Source of the DNA: Zancudomyces culisetae HAW-14-8
Lineage: Eukaryota > Fungi > Kickxellomycota
NCBI GenBank assembly: GCA_052426225.1
Contig: JBNJNM010000023.1
Location: forward strand, 124,001-188,000
Length of the DNA stretch: 64,000 bases
Direction: 5' to 3'
Shown here: positions 36,869-49,477 of the stretch, piece by piece
Layout of the letters: each line of letters starts with the position of its first letter
How positions within the stretch are numbered: the first letter of the stretch is position 1
Program-made: the position numbers and the translations under genes
Notes under the pieces: model-generated
Seen by the model: the letters and a program-made list of their open reading frames with translations, nothing else
The model's database searches: none
Told to the model about the DNA's origin: nothing

Positions 36869-38417
36869 ATGGTACTTAAAATCTATTTAACAATAACATC
36901 AGCTCTCATTTATGGTATTAATGCCACATCCTTCCCACCCGTGGTTGAAAATCAAAATATTTCAAAGTTTGCCTACTGCCAGGCTGGATACCCAAATGCC
37001 TCAAGCTACAAACCAATGGATGATAGCACACTGCTGTTCGTTCAAACAATCTCAAGACATGGAGATAGAGCGCCATCTAATTACGCACTTAATGACACCA
37101 CAGTTTGGGATATCTGTCCCCACAAGCAGTACAGGTATGCGTATGCTAACACAAAACCAGGTATCCAGGGTGGTGTTAAAATTGAGGCGTACACCGATGA
37201 TTCTGATCAAGCAGCCAATATGGCGGGGTTGTACTGGCAGGGAAATTGCTACACCGGCCAACTATCCAGAAAAGGTGTGAGTCAATTGGAAACATATGGA
37301 AGTGAACTCAGAAAAATATATGTTGATAAGATGAAGCTATTAGACAAGGAGCTAGAGGATAACACAATCAAGGTTCGGCATACTGGTGTCCCGTAAGAAT
37401 AACTTTGATATTGAAACTTGGACTATTAATTTAAAACTGACTCTAACTAATACTAGTTAGTATGTAAAACTCAAAATATAACTTTGTAGCCTTAATTAGA
37501 TATAAGAAAGAAAACCCATGAATTAAATTGACTTGACACCGATTATCAATATATAACATAGGAGAGTGCAGGAGTCTGCGGAAGGTCTGGTAGCTGGTCT
37601 TTATCCATTCGGCTCGGGAGGAAACGGCACAGTTCATTTTACTAGCTTCCCGCCAGAAAAAGAAACAATGTATTTCAACCCACTGATGTGTCCAAGAGTT
37701 GCTCAAGTCAAGGCATTGATGCGAGCAACGCCCGAGTATCAGACCTATTTCAACAACTCATACTCGGACGCTTTGAGACTTAACAAGATAGTCGGATATA
37801 GCCCTTCAGTTATGGCAAACTCATCGTTTATTTTTTATTCATTTGCGGACATATTTTCACCAATTGAATGTAACGGAAAGCCAAAACTGTGCAATGAGGG
37901 TACATGTATCACAGATGATGACGTTGAACTTACTCTGAAATACACAATGTTTGAGTATCTATATTCACGTAAGCTTAGTCCATACGCAAATGAATACAAC
38001 AGATTAGCTGGTGGTGCGTTCTTTTCACAGCTGAACGCTGAACTTTCAAAGCAGATAGATTACGATATGCTTGAAAATTGCGCCGAAAAAACAAAAAACA
38101 GACCTGTACGCATGAGCATTTATGTTGGCCATGATGAGACAATACTACCAATGTTAGCTATCTTTAAAACGAATAATATTGAGAATTATATAGTTCCATA
38201 TGCAGGAAACATTCTTATTGAACTTTGGAGGAACAATATTGATAAAAAGTACTACATTCGTGCACTTTACAATGGACAGCAAATATTGACTCTTCCAGAT
38301 CCTACAACCAACACATCCTGGTGCGATCTTAATAAATGTGATTGGGATACCTATCAAAAGTACCTTGCACAGTATATACCAGCAAACGTCTACCAAGAGT
38401 GTAAACTCGTTCAATAA
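36869..38417 (+). CDS. Secreted histidine acid phosphatase (clade 2), 459 aa
   Basis: Exons 36869-37392 and 37562-38417. Signal peptide, RHGDRAP, GQLS..G, PRVQESA and GHDET motifs. Confidence 0.94.
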
Positions 38418-40138
38418 TCACCACACATTCGCCCGATGTCTTTTTTATTTTGTTTATTTCTATTTTTACTGTAATAAAAGTACACAAAAAATAAAGACAT
38501 CACTGTCTATACTTTGTAACTGGATGCATTGTCTCGGGCTCTTATTTTTTTACTTATTTAAAATTGTGTTTACTTATTCGCTAGGTTAGCATATTTTCAT
38601 TACTATTATTATTTTATTTAGTGTTAACGCTCTCTTTTTCTGATTCTCTTAGAAACATTGGTTGCGTTATTTTTTTTTTGATTTATGGATTTATTAATAA
38701 AAATCTCAAAACTACAAAAAAATTGAACCATTGATATTATTCAAATTCTTCATATCCTTGAACACATTTCATGAATATAAAACTAAACTTGGTGATGTGG
38801 TACAAGTCAAATCAGCGTTTTGGCTCGTCTGAAGGGTGTACTATTATAGACGGAGGTGAAGTGTGCAAGTAAATAACCATGGTATGGCGATTATAGTCAA
38901 AAATTCTCAATATCATATTTTTGCGAATATGTTGGTTATGTGTTTCAAGCATGATTTGGGGGGTTATTCTGCATTTAACATTGCAATTCTAGGCTTTCAC
39001 ATTTCCAAACAAAACTTGTTCTCAGTTGGCTTGTGACTAACCAGCCCTTTCTTTTACAATGAAGAGTCTGCGTGATTCATTTTTACATGACTTCTTTTCC
39101 AATTAAAATAAAGTGGTACTCCATTAAAATATGCATCTCAGATAAATAAACTTATTAAAAAAAAAGAGGGGAGATACTTGGTACTTATTCAAAGAAAAAA
39201 TCACATTCAAATTAATAAAACTGATTGCACGAGTTGGTATTTATGTTGCGCATTTTTAAACGCATGTATAGGTTGTGTATACCGTCATATGCTGTACAGC
39301 TACAACTCCATAGTGGCGGGAGATACAGCAACAATGGTACACTGGTGCGGAAAAAGGTCGCAAAAGGAGGATAAACGGATAGTAGGTGGATGAATTGGTC
39401 TTAGAGCTGCATTCGGTGTTGTTTTTGATATTCTTTCCTTTTTTTTGCAAGCAAATAAATGCAAAATGCGTACGGGGGAGGCTAGCTTTCAAGAGAAAAA
39501 GTCGTGAGACCTGGTGGTTTGTAACTTTTAGTTTTTCTAGTTTTTTTTTTTGATGAGGTTATGGCATAGGAACCCCATCTTTCTGACATTTCCTGCTAAA
39601 CCAATATCTGCAGGAGTCTTGCATCCTTTTATTGGCTCATTACTATTCTTGTTACAAAATAACATTTTTTTTCAAGTATATTTAAAAGAGTAAATTCCAT
39701 TTTAAACAAGAATAACAACAGGCAGTGATAGAAAGCCCGCGAAACAGAAAGGGTGGGGCGAATAAAATATCCTATTCAAACATAACTAGCAGGGGCATAT
39801 ACTGTATTTTTTTGATCGATTTTACAAAATTTTTCAGCTTTAGAGGAACAAGGGAAAGCCTCGAGATAAGAGATCGATTCGAGCCGTGTTTTTGGATATG
39901 CGAGGGAAATATACACATTAAATGTCGAGAGAGTGTGTATTTTTGCGGAAAACCATTGTTCAATAACGAAAAATATAGATCTGAAGCATACGATAGGGAT
40001 TTGATCTCTTTTTTTATTTGTGTAATCAGTCAGAAACTAGAATAAAGATGGTAAATTGGCATTTGATTAATGGATTTTATTAAAACCTGGCAAAACAGAA
40101 CCTATAGAAATGTAAATGAAATATTAATATTAGACAAA

Positions 40139-41089
40139 ATGCAATATACTAAAACGGACATACTACTCGGAAAGGAAGAAAATACTCAAAGCAAAGAAAA
40201 AGTACTAGAGGAAAACCCGGTGGCTAATATGCGGGGGGAGGGAAATAGGAAGGATAGATCGAGGGTAGCAATTGCGGGCATGGGGGCAGGTATGCTATCT
40301 GCAATGGTAACATGCCCGCTAGATGTGGCGAAAACACGCCTGCAATATCAAGCGGTGCTAGTAGAGAGGGGGATGGTTCCGTATACTGGGACGCTTAATG
40401 CTCTAAAACGGATAGCACTCGAAGAAGGCGTTAGTAGAGGCCTATACCGTGGTCTATCACCTTTGCTTTTAGGATATATACCCACCTGGGCATTATATTT
40501 TAGTAGCTATGAATATTTAAAAAGCATAGACGCAGGTAATATACCATCAGCGCTGATATCTGGGACCCTTTCAACCGTGTCAACGAACCCCTTATGGGTG
40601 TTGAAGGCTCGGTTTATGACACAAAACAAATATACCGAGTACAACTATTCTGGAATAATATCAGCATTCAAGCACATTTATAAGAACGAAGGTATGAAAG
40701 GGTTTTACAAAGGAATGGGGGTTAGCTTATTTGGCGTAGCCCATGTAGTAATTCAATTTCCAACATACGAATATCTTAAATCGGTGCTGTTGGTCGGTGG
40801 TGATGTCGGCAGTAGTGATAAAAATGTATTTACAGTTTTGTTTGCCTCAGCGTCTTCGAAAATTATAGCATCAACCATAACCTACCCCCACGAGGTTATA
40901 CGAACTAGATTGCAGAACCAAACTGTTCCACCATATCGGTATCATGGAATTATTGATACTGCAACGAAAGTTTTAGCCAATGAAGGGATATTTGGGTTCT
41001 ATAGGGGACTGGGAACCAACATGCTTCGAACAGTGCCAGCATCAATGGTTACCCTCTTGTCATTTGAACTTTTGATACATTATTTATGA
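40139..41089 (+). CDS. Mitochondrial carrier, NAD+ transporter (Ndt1/Yia6)-like
   Basis: Three carrier signatures (CPLDVAKTRLQ, NPLWVLKARFM, YPHEVIRTRLQ) plus GYIPTWALYF and HVVIQFPTYE typical of NAD/FAD carriers. The start is uncertain (40070 or 40139). Confidence 0.9.
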   Translation: MQYTKTDILLGKEENTQSKEKVLEENPVANMRGEGNRKDRSRVAIAGMGAGMLSAMVTCPLDVAKTRLQYQAVLVERGMVPYTGTLNALKRIALEEGVSRGLYRGLSPLLLGYIPTWALYFSSYEYLKSIDAGNIPSALISGTLSTVSTNPLWVLKARFMTQNKYTEYNYSGIISAFKHIYKNEGMKGFYKGMGVSLFGVAHVVIQFPTYEYLKSVLLVGGDVGSSDKNVFTVLFASASSKIIASTITYPHEVIRTRLQNQTVPPYRYHGIIDTATKVLANEGIFGFYRGLGTNMLRTVPASMVTLLSFELLIHYL

Positions 41090-41185
41090 ATAGATTCTTT
41101 ATTGTTTAAATATTCTACTCTCCTCTCTTTACTATACATTATGTTATTTCCGTCTCTATCTAAAACAACAATGCCTCTAGTAGTA

Positions 41186-42017
41186 TCAATCTCTTTCTTT
41201 CATGTACATTTCTATAGCCGCTGAAAATGCTGCAAACCCTGCACACCCAAACAACATGCCCTTAGCACCAGCTATAGTTATTGAAAGCAAGATCCCCATA
41301 ACTGATGTTAGTATTTACCTCTGGATACTAAATTCGGCTGTCTTAAATAGTACAACATAAATATCTTACTCTTTGATGCTAGTGCAGCTCCAGTGAAACA
41401 GCCTGCAGAAACACTGTTATAAATGTCGTTTTTTGCTCGAAACTAATTAGAAACAAGGAATAACAATATAGCGACATTTTTACAAAACATTTAGCCAGTA
41501 GTTGCTCAAATCCAACAAGTAGTAGACTATACAGCCATTTTTAATGTTAACAATTTACCGATTCAATAACACACTCTGATCCTGAATAAATCGCACCAAC
41601 TACGGCAAACCCCTTGGCACTTCTGTAACTTTTACTTCCCATATCCTTAAATGTTTCCTTAACCTGAAGTTTCGTGCTTTTGTTCGTATCGATATTAGCT
41701 CCAGAATAATCTATTGATGACATTAGCAACCCGAAAACTGCACCCAGTCCAAAACCTATTGGGAATTTGATATTTTAATCTTTAACACTATTCATGCACC
41801 AACCCTTAACCATATACCTGCATTTCGTTGTTGTTATTTTTGCGGGAAAGTACAAATAAATGATTCCCAGTTTGATACTAAAATAGAAAACAAGCCAAAA
41901 TAGAATTACTGATCGAACTTTACCTGCTCCACCTGAAAGCACCGTTTTAAACAAACAGGAGGATGTGACCTTCTCCGCAGCTTCCTTTTCTTTATCTCTT
42001 TGTGTCGCTGGATCCAT
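41186..42017 (-). CDS. TIM22: Mitochondrial inner-membrane translocase Tim22, 149 aa
   Basis: Exons 42017-41924, 41755-41559, 41442-41370 and 41271-41186. [51 protein letters not shown] and GCAGFAAFSAAIE. Confidence 0.96.
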
Positions 42018-43145
42018 CGTGGTTTATAAATCTACCCGTGTTCTGCACCCTATTTCAATCGATTTTGTGAATTGTCTGGATCTCTGTTCTATAAAGCAAA
42101 AGCTATATATTTTTATCCCAGCCAACAGATTGACACTTTTCTTCAAAAAAAAAAAAAACTCAAATCGGAATTCTTCATGCAAGTTGATTAGCAAATCCTG
42201 GCCAGAGAACTGTGGTGATTTTGAAAAGAGTCCTTTAATGCGGAAACCAAGAAAAAAATTTTTTAGAGTGGGGAGAGGCGAGACGATTTGCAAAGTCGAG
42301 ATCCTTGGCTGAATTTATTCGTGCTCATTGGTTTTGCAGGCATTTGAAGGAGTAGTATAATCTTAGATAAATAAAACCTGATTACCTGCACAAGTTTATA
42401 TTTTATATTGAAAAACCATTCAATATTTGGTGTGAATAACAATACTCAATTTATTCTGATTCTCAAGGTAGGATATGTATGTGTACAAAGTTTCACTGCT
42501 TGTAAATCCAGTCATTTCTGCTGTAAAAGCACCATCTTACCTGGTTTAGTATCAAGGCTTCAGAAATACATATAAACGTGCTTTTTCCAGTTCTGCTACC
42601 TTCTAAACCTGGTGCGACAAAAGTAGCCTAATGTTTTGCATGGCCCCCCACCCTCCCCCTTTCCATATCACATCTTTCTTTCTTCCCATTTTCTTTGACT
42701 TTAAGCAGCATTAAAACTATTGAAAATAGAAAAAAATCCGCTTTTGGGTTGCTCAAGGAGCAAGAGTACAGATATAGGTACGGACTTTTGTACTACACTA
42801 GATATCTAACATATATTCTGTGTTGCGTGTATTATACTTGTGGATTTGGCAATCCTACACCACTGTATCATAGAGCTATAATATATTTTGTTTCAGGAGG
42901 CATGGGTAAGACACAAGAGCACTAAACCAACATAACCAAACCTAGCTTACTAAAACATTCTCATTTTTGAGCTTTTCGAACATGAATGCTTTTTTTTTAG
43001 AAACTAGGATATTTATTTTGGCTGTTTGGATCCAAAATACCGCATGCTGGTGTCACTCTACTGGGACAGGAAAAATTCTTAAGGTATCCTGTAAAAAGGC
43101 AACCTGAGCTGGTTACAATATACAAGTAGTGTAAAGTTGAATACA

Positions 43146-43147
<2 letters not shown>

Positions 43148-43177
<30 letters not shown>
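43148..43177. repeat. (GT)15 microsatellite
   Basis: Direct reading. Confidence 0.95.
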
Positions 43178-43179
<2 letters not shown>

Positions 43180-44013
43180 TTCTTTTAGAGAAATTTGTTA
43201 TCCGAGTACTAGTGATAAAAAATTATATTATTTTTAGTGAAATATAATATTTTTTCCAGGGCTCAGTCAAGATTATTCATCAGAGTCCGTGTTTCGAAGA
43301 GTTCTGTTTGATAAATATCAAAATATGTATTTTTTTTTGTGAATGGAAAATGTTTTACAAATGTAATCAAAACAAAAAACGATACATGTGTTTTCTGGTA
43401 CAGGTGCAATGGTATATTCACCATTCAGAACTGAACCCAAGAATATTAAAGTCTCTACTTATAATAAAACCTACTTGAGTATACCTGAAACAATGATTTT
43501 ATGTACATATTCTATTAAAATACATACTAAAACTTCAAAGCTACTTTTGTTAAAAGCGAAGAAAGTGTAAAGAATAAATGGCTATGTGTTAATAACAAAA
43601 AATATGAACAGAATACCATCAAAATCTTGGTATAAATAGCTGAATTCCTGATCAGGATTTACCAAACACTGATAGATATACAATACTTTCGTTTTTGTTC
43701 CTAATTTTTGGCTTAAAAGCACGCAAGTTTTTCTTTCTCGCACAAAGCAAACAGCCACAGAGTGAGTAATTATAACCAGGAAAAAATATATATACAACCG
43801 GAACTATTTACATAAATAACCTTACTTTCATACTGCCCAGAGAAAAAATAAAGCCATAGTCGTAAAATTACCGATGGCGGTTGTATTTATGAAATAAAAA
43901 TATCAATATCGTTAATATTTGCACAAACGTTGAGTCCGAAGTCGATACCACCCCCAACTCAGAAAATAATATAAAACTAGTACACATCAACAAAGGCGGA
44001 GTAGTAAAAAAAA

Positions 44014-47000
44014 ATGATAGACGTGTTCAGTGATACGAAGCTAGGATCCCAGAAAGGCACCAAGAAGTACACGGAAAAGAATTCACCAAAATATCATGTA
44101 CCTAAATGTATAGATAATGAAAACATCGGGCTGCTGGAGAGCCAACAACCCACATCACATTCTGACTCCACAATTGCTGTAGATTTTAATTTCTCAAAAT
44201 GCACACTACCAGATGATTTCAGCATCAGCATCCACAGCTTTGACAATCTAAACAGCAACTTTGGATCGTATATAGGGAACAATAGCCTGGCAGATTCTTT
44301 GCACACGTTTGAAGATATAGGAAGTAGCAGCTTACCTTTACTTGGAAGAGTAACCACTAAAAAAAAAAACTTTGATATTAGGAGAGTCTACACAAGTAAA
44401 GAAATAAAAAGAATGATACCTAAGTACTACCGACATTCATCGGCTGTCCTCACACCCATACCAAACAGTGATTCAAGTTCATCTCAGCCAGAAGCTAATC
44501 ACCCTGGAAAATTACCATCAGCAAAATATACTGCAACTTATTGTAGCAAAAGAAAGTTTGGATTTGGCCTGTTATCTGAAACGCTTGGAACTAAAAAAAT
44601 CAAAAGGTACTTGACTCTTGGGTTTCCCATCTCTCAAAAAACTGGAAAGAATAAAAATAAAGTAAATAAAAGAAGTATGAATAACGGCAGAATTAGCTAT
44701 CGCTCTAAACCAAAGAGAAAAAGTCGAGCTGTATATTTTTCAAGAATTAGCAGTGAAAGACGCAGAGCCTCCAACAAAAGAACATTGCATGTTGTTGGGA
44801 GGAAAATGTACTGCCATGAAAATAAAAACATAGAAAAACAAAAGTGTAGAAAAACACCTGGGCAAAAGTTGCTCAAATTTGCAGAAACTTTAAAGCTGCT
44901 AGTAACTGCCTGTAAACATACATCAGAGTATTATTCAGCGACAAACAGCATCAATATGCAGGAGTATTATAAGCTTTTGCAACAAAATCAGCAAATTACC
45001 AGTGCAGGCGATTGTCCGCTCATTATTTCTAACATACAACTTGATGATATCAAAGAAAACCACACAAAGAGTAACAATTGTACAAGATGCAATAGCAACG
45101 TACAAATCAGTACCAGCAAAACTGATAGTATGAGTTCTAAAAACCACGGGCGTTTTGTGGGATGTAGTAGATGTAACCCATTCTGCCAGTATTGTGGAAA
45201 AGGGGGCGACTTTATTAAAACGATGACGTGCGGTAATGGACACACATATTGTATCAAGTGTATAGAGTATAAGGTCAATTTGGCAGTCAAAGCAAAAAAA
45301 AAAGTAGTTCATTGTGGTAAACCCGAGCGCTGTAATAACTACATTGATGTAGAGCAGGCAATTACTTATTTTAGGGGACAGGATGAAGGTAGAGAGATAT
45401 ACATGGCAAAAGAAAGTGGCTCATTGGTATCCACCCTGCATGTAAGTCGGTTTTCTATTTCTGCTTTTTTTTTTGTAGTTTTAGGACAGGACTGAGTCGA
45501 AAGTTGTTTATACTAAAAAATAACATACCATAACTTTAAACAAAAAGAAGGGAAAATGATGGGTAGAAGTTTAGGTGGTGGTTCAAAACGCCAATATTTA
45601 TCTTTAGGGGAAGTGAAAGAATATACCTGGAGTTCATTAAACTAACTACTTTTTTTTGCAAAAAAAAAATAGAGCGCCGAAGCAAAGAGTTGGTCGCATA
45701 GTTATTACGAATCATTAAGAAAGTCGCTAAAATCAAATATCGAGGTAATAGGTGAATACGCAAGTGTTGGAGTTACCAAGTGTTCGAAACAGGCAAGCTG
45801 TATTAGAACACATATGAAAAAACATATTCAACTGCTCAAGTCCAACGTGGTAGGCGAGTCATCACAAAAAGAGTCTCGAAAAAATAATAACAAATGGAAA
45901 AGGGCCATAGGTACTTTAGGCAATAATTCAGTAGTTCTAACAGATAATAATGCAAGTGAGAATAAAAAAGTCTCTGAAGTCAAGATAGCGAACAGTATTA
46001 GCCATGTTGATGTCGATGCGGCTTCAAAAAAAGATATTGATATTGGTGCACTCAAGCAAATAAAAATGTTGGAAAAGTACAAAAGTTCAGAAATCTCAAG
46101 AAAAGGGTGTAATGATATTGATCAAGAGGATAGTATTGGTAACAAACAGGAAATTGATTGTGGTAGAGAATATGACACTTCCAGAAAAAGGGTAGAATAT
46201 CAAATTTTATTAAATTCTGTGGAAAAAGGTCTGAAAAACACCAGTGACAGGGGGTGTGCTGTAGTTAAAAAGGAAAAAAGCATAAGAATTGCACAAACAA
46301 GGTCAAGCAAGCAACACAATATGTCTACCTCTGATAGTGACATGTGTTTTGACAATAGTTATATTTGTAATCAGCGTAGTAATGCATTCAGGTTTAATGG
46401 GTTTAGACTCAAGTCAATAGGCACCTTTAAGCCTAGAAGTGAAAGGATTAGACAAGGAAGATTACAAAGACAAAGAGTAAAACGAAATAATAGAAAAAAT
46501 AGAAAAAGAAGAGGCAAAAGATTGAGAATGTGCAAATCGTTAAACTATGTATTGGATAAAAAAATTAAAAAAGTGATTGGAAATGGAAATGGAAATGGTA
46601 GTAGGGCAAATAGGTCCAAATCGGCTATATGCCTTGGCACAAGCAGCAGCAGGCTGCTTTTCAGAAAAAGATATAAAAGGCTGTTATTACAATCGCCTAT
46701 TCTAGCACACACTTTTGACAGCAAAGCCAGCAGTAAGCCTCAGGAGGAGAATAATATACGTTTGCATACCGGATTAAAAGAAGCTGACCTGGCTATCAAT
46801 ACCACTCGCTTGATGAAAAGAAACTCGGTACATATAAGAGAAAAAAATTTAAGCGGAAACGAAAGCTCACGTACCCTAAAGGAGTATCATGAGGATGAAA
46901 CTGATGTTTCGAGTACAAAGACCAACATGCATAAGAGTATAATATCTATGAGAACAGAGTACGAAAGTAATAAAATGAGAGTTAAAGCATATAAAAGAAA

Positions 47001-48411
47001 CCTCAACACGCAGAAGGAAAATGCGCAGAATGAGCGCAAAGGTTTTGAATGTGATGACGACTTTCATGATAATAATAACAGGGTATCAATTATAAGCCTA
47101 AACGACAGACATAAAGTATATCTAACTAGCATTGGTGAGGAATACGAAAACATTGGCTACTACCTGGATTTACTAAACAAGGAAGATGTTGAAAAGTTCA
47201 ACTCGCTTTATGATCCAATTATGCCTGCAATCAACATGAAAAACGTGCAACGCTTGAGAAGCAGTAGGAAAGCATCAATATATAACAACTTCAGAAACTC
47301 AAAGATGTCGAATTCAGACAAGAATTTGAGCTTCTACAACAGTAAAAACGCTGAAAGTAATAGCTGTAATGAAAGTGGTACATATTTTAGAATTGGACAA
47401 CTGGGACGTAATGTTGGGAAAGGAGAGGGAAAAATAGATAGTGACAAAGATTGGTATAACCAAAAAAGTTTCGACAGAGGAGGTGGGTTTTGTGACGAAT
47501 ATGATGAAAAGAATAAGATCACACAGTATGGTGGCCATAATGCCAACTTTTTTCTGCCACCTGCACAGAACAAAAGAATCCCAAATACAGAGTGTACAGT
47601 GGTAAAAGACCAAGATGTCTACAAGGCGTGTTATAGTGTGCCCAAGGAAGAGAGTAGAAATATAAACTACAGCTTTAAGGGTATTCAGGCACAAGCCATA
47701 AATAAAGTGCCTGGTATCAACAACTTTGAAAAAAGTAGAACAAAAAAGACGACGATTAAAATAAAAAAGACAACACGGAATGATAGGAACAAAGATCAAG
47801 ATACTTGTATTAAAAGCAACCATGATCTTGAATACATTAGTATAAGCAAGTCAAAAACACGTCTCAATTGTACGGGTACGTCTGAATTTCCAGTGGATAC
47901 GCAAAGAGTGTCAAACTTAGACGCAAAAAATAATGACAACGATAGTGTCAGCATCAGTGGTGGTGTCGCTGAGGGTATATGTGATACCCTGGCCTTCCCA
48001 TTATCCTCGGAGCCATCCTCGCATGACAACATAATACCGTGTTTTGTAGAAAACCAAGAAACGATAGAACAACGGTCACTACCACTATATCACGAGGCAT
48101 ACACACCAATGAAAAAAAGTAAGCCAAAAAGACTATTTTTATCTAGCAGAAACGAAAAAAAGACCAAAGTTTTAGCCAAACCCCCTAACAAACAAGAAAC
48201 AACGCTACAACCGGAGTTCCATTCACTTACCCACCACATCGATCTCAAAAATATTAACGGCAATAGCCGCAACAATAAAAACAACATCTCTAACTACTCG
48301 ACCGGTAGGGATGGTGCGAACAAAGATATACCAGTCCCACTACAGCATATTTTGCAACAGCAGTTGCTTGACTGTATATACCTACACGAACATATGCAGT
48401 TGATACACTGA
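44014..48411 (+). CDS. Large basic, low-complexity protein with one RING-like (RBR RING1-type) zinc finger, about 1388 aa
   Basis: A phase-0 intron 45442-45672 (CAT|GTAAGT...ACTAAC...TAG|AGC) joins the 493-aa and 865-aa ORFs in frame. Finger CQYC...CGNGHTYCIKC...CGKPERC. Confidence 0.72.
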
Positions 48412-48755
48412 TTGTTATATTTATACTTTAATTCTATCGATACTTTTTGTCGTCACTAATTAACAATACTAGGAAGAAATGGATAAGAAAAGAGATCAAC
48501 ATATTTTGGCTTTGAAATTTTGCACTTTATATTTTTACATTTATTTGTTTTTTTATATCAATTGCGCTTGAAATTTGGCAAAATGAATTTTTAAAAACCA
48601 CAACTTTATTTATTTATTTACGTTTTAGTAGCATAAAAAAACTATTAAATATAAATATTCCAAGATACTGAAAAAATAATAAAGGAGTATCAATAATTAT
48701 CATACTTACGGTGGAACAAAGCAACTAGAAGGAATATAAAAAAAAGGTGACAAGG

Positions 48756-49370
48756 ATGGAAGTTGAACAGATAGAAAGTGTTGCAGAACTCAACAATCTA
48801 AAAAACAAATTGATGCAGATTATTGAGAGTATCGACTACATCATAGGCAGTACATCAACATCAGCAACAGCAGGGGAAGGTGGAACTGGAGGTAGAAATG
48901 AAGGTGGATTGAGGTGGGAAGATTTGCTATCCAAGTTTTTGATTTTGGCGGCCAAATACACAAGCTTGGAAAACGAAATCAATCACATGCTTATGGGGAA
49001 CACAGATTTTCTAACCACCAAGACTGTGGTGATAAGCAAACCGCTGTTGGACACTGCCGAGTATAACAAGGTGATGGTGTTGTTGCGCACTAAATTGACA
49101 CCGGAATTCGAAAGACAGGAGCAGGAAATGATTGAAAAAATGGCAGTAGGCGGCGTTGAGGGTAACAGATTGGACGAATGGAAGGGACGGGTGGAGGTTA
49201 ATGACATGGCGGCACTAGAAGCAGAGTTCAAACTGGAAAAATATATTGAAACAGAAAAATACAATAGAATGGGTAGTGAAGAAGGGGAAAAGAAGAAAGA
49301 AGAAAAGGTAAGCAACGAAGGGGAAAAGCCGTTGGAGTACTATATCAGGCTAATGTCAAGTGGCAATTAA
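48756..49370 (+). CDS. MED8: Mediator subunit 8, 204 aa
   Basis: L..LK.KL.QI.ESI, WEDLLSKF..L and the diagnostic VLLRTKL.PE.E. Confidence 0.88.
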   Translation: MEVEQIESVAELNNLKNKLMQIIESIDYIIGSTSTSATAGEGGTGGRNEGGLRWEDLLSKFLILAAKYTSLENEINHMLMGNTDFLTTKTVVISKPLLDTAEYNKVMVLLRTKLTPEFERQEQEMIEKMAVGGVEGNRLDEWKGRVEVNDMAALEAEFKLEKYIETEKYNRMGSEEGEKKKEEKVSNEGEKPLEYYIRLMSSGN

Positions 49371-49450
49371 GGCATTATCTGAATTATGAAAAAGTTTATG
49401 AACATCTTTCTCCCCCACTCCTTCAAAAAAAAATCAATAAAAACGAACGA

Positions 49451-49466
49451 GGGGGGGGGGGGGGGG
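49451..49466. repeat. poly-G tract (16 nt) between the convergent MED8 and RhoGAP stop codons
   Basis: Direct reading. Confidence 0.9.
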
Positions 49467-49477
49467 ACACGGTGCTA

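Noticed and set aside
39178-39510. ORF with GG-TGA and an open continuation as a possible selenoprotein (some early-diverging fungi use Sec)
   Set aside because: No resemblance to a known selenoprotein family, no CxxU motif and no recognisable SECIS.
42534-42545. ATCTTACCTGG, like the U1 snRNA 5' end
   Set aside because: Lacks the U1-70K and U1A loops and an Sm site.
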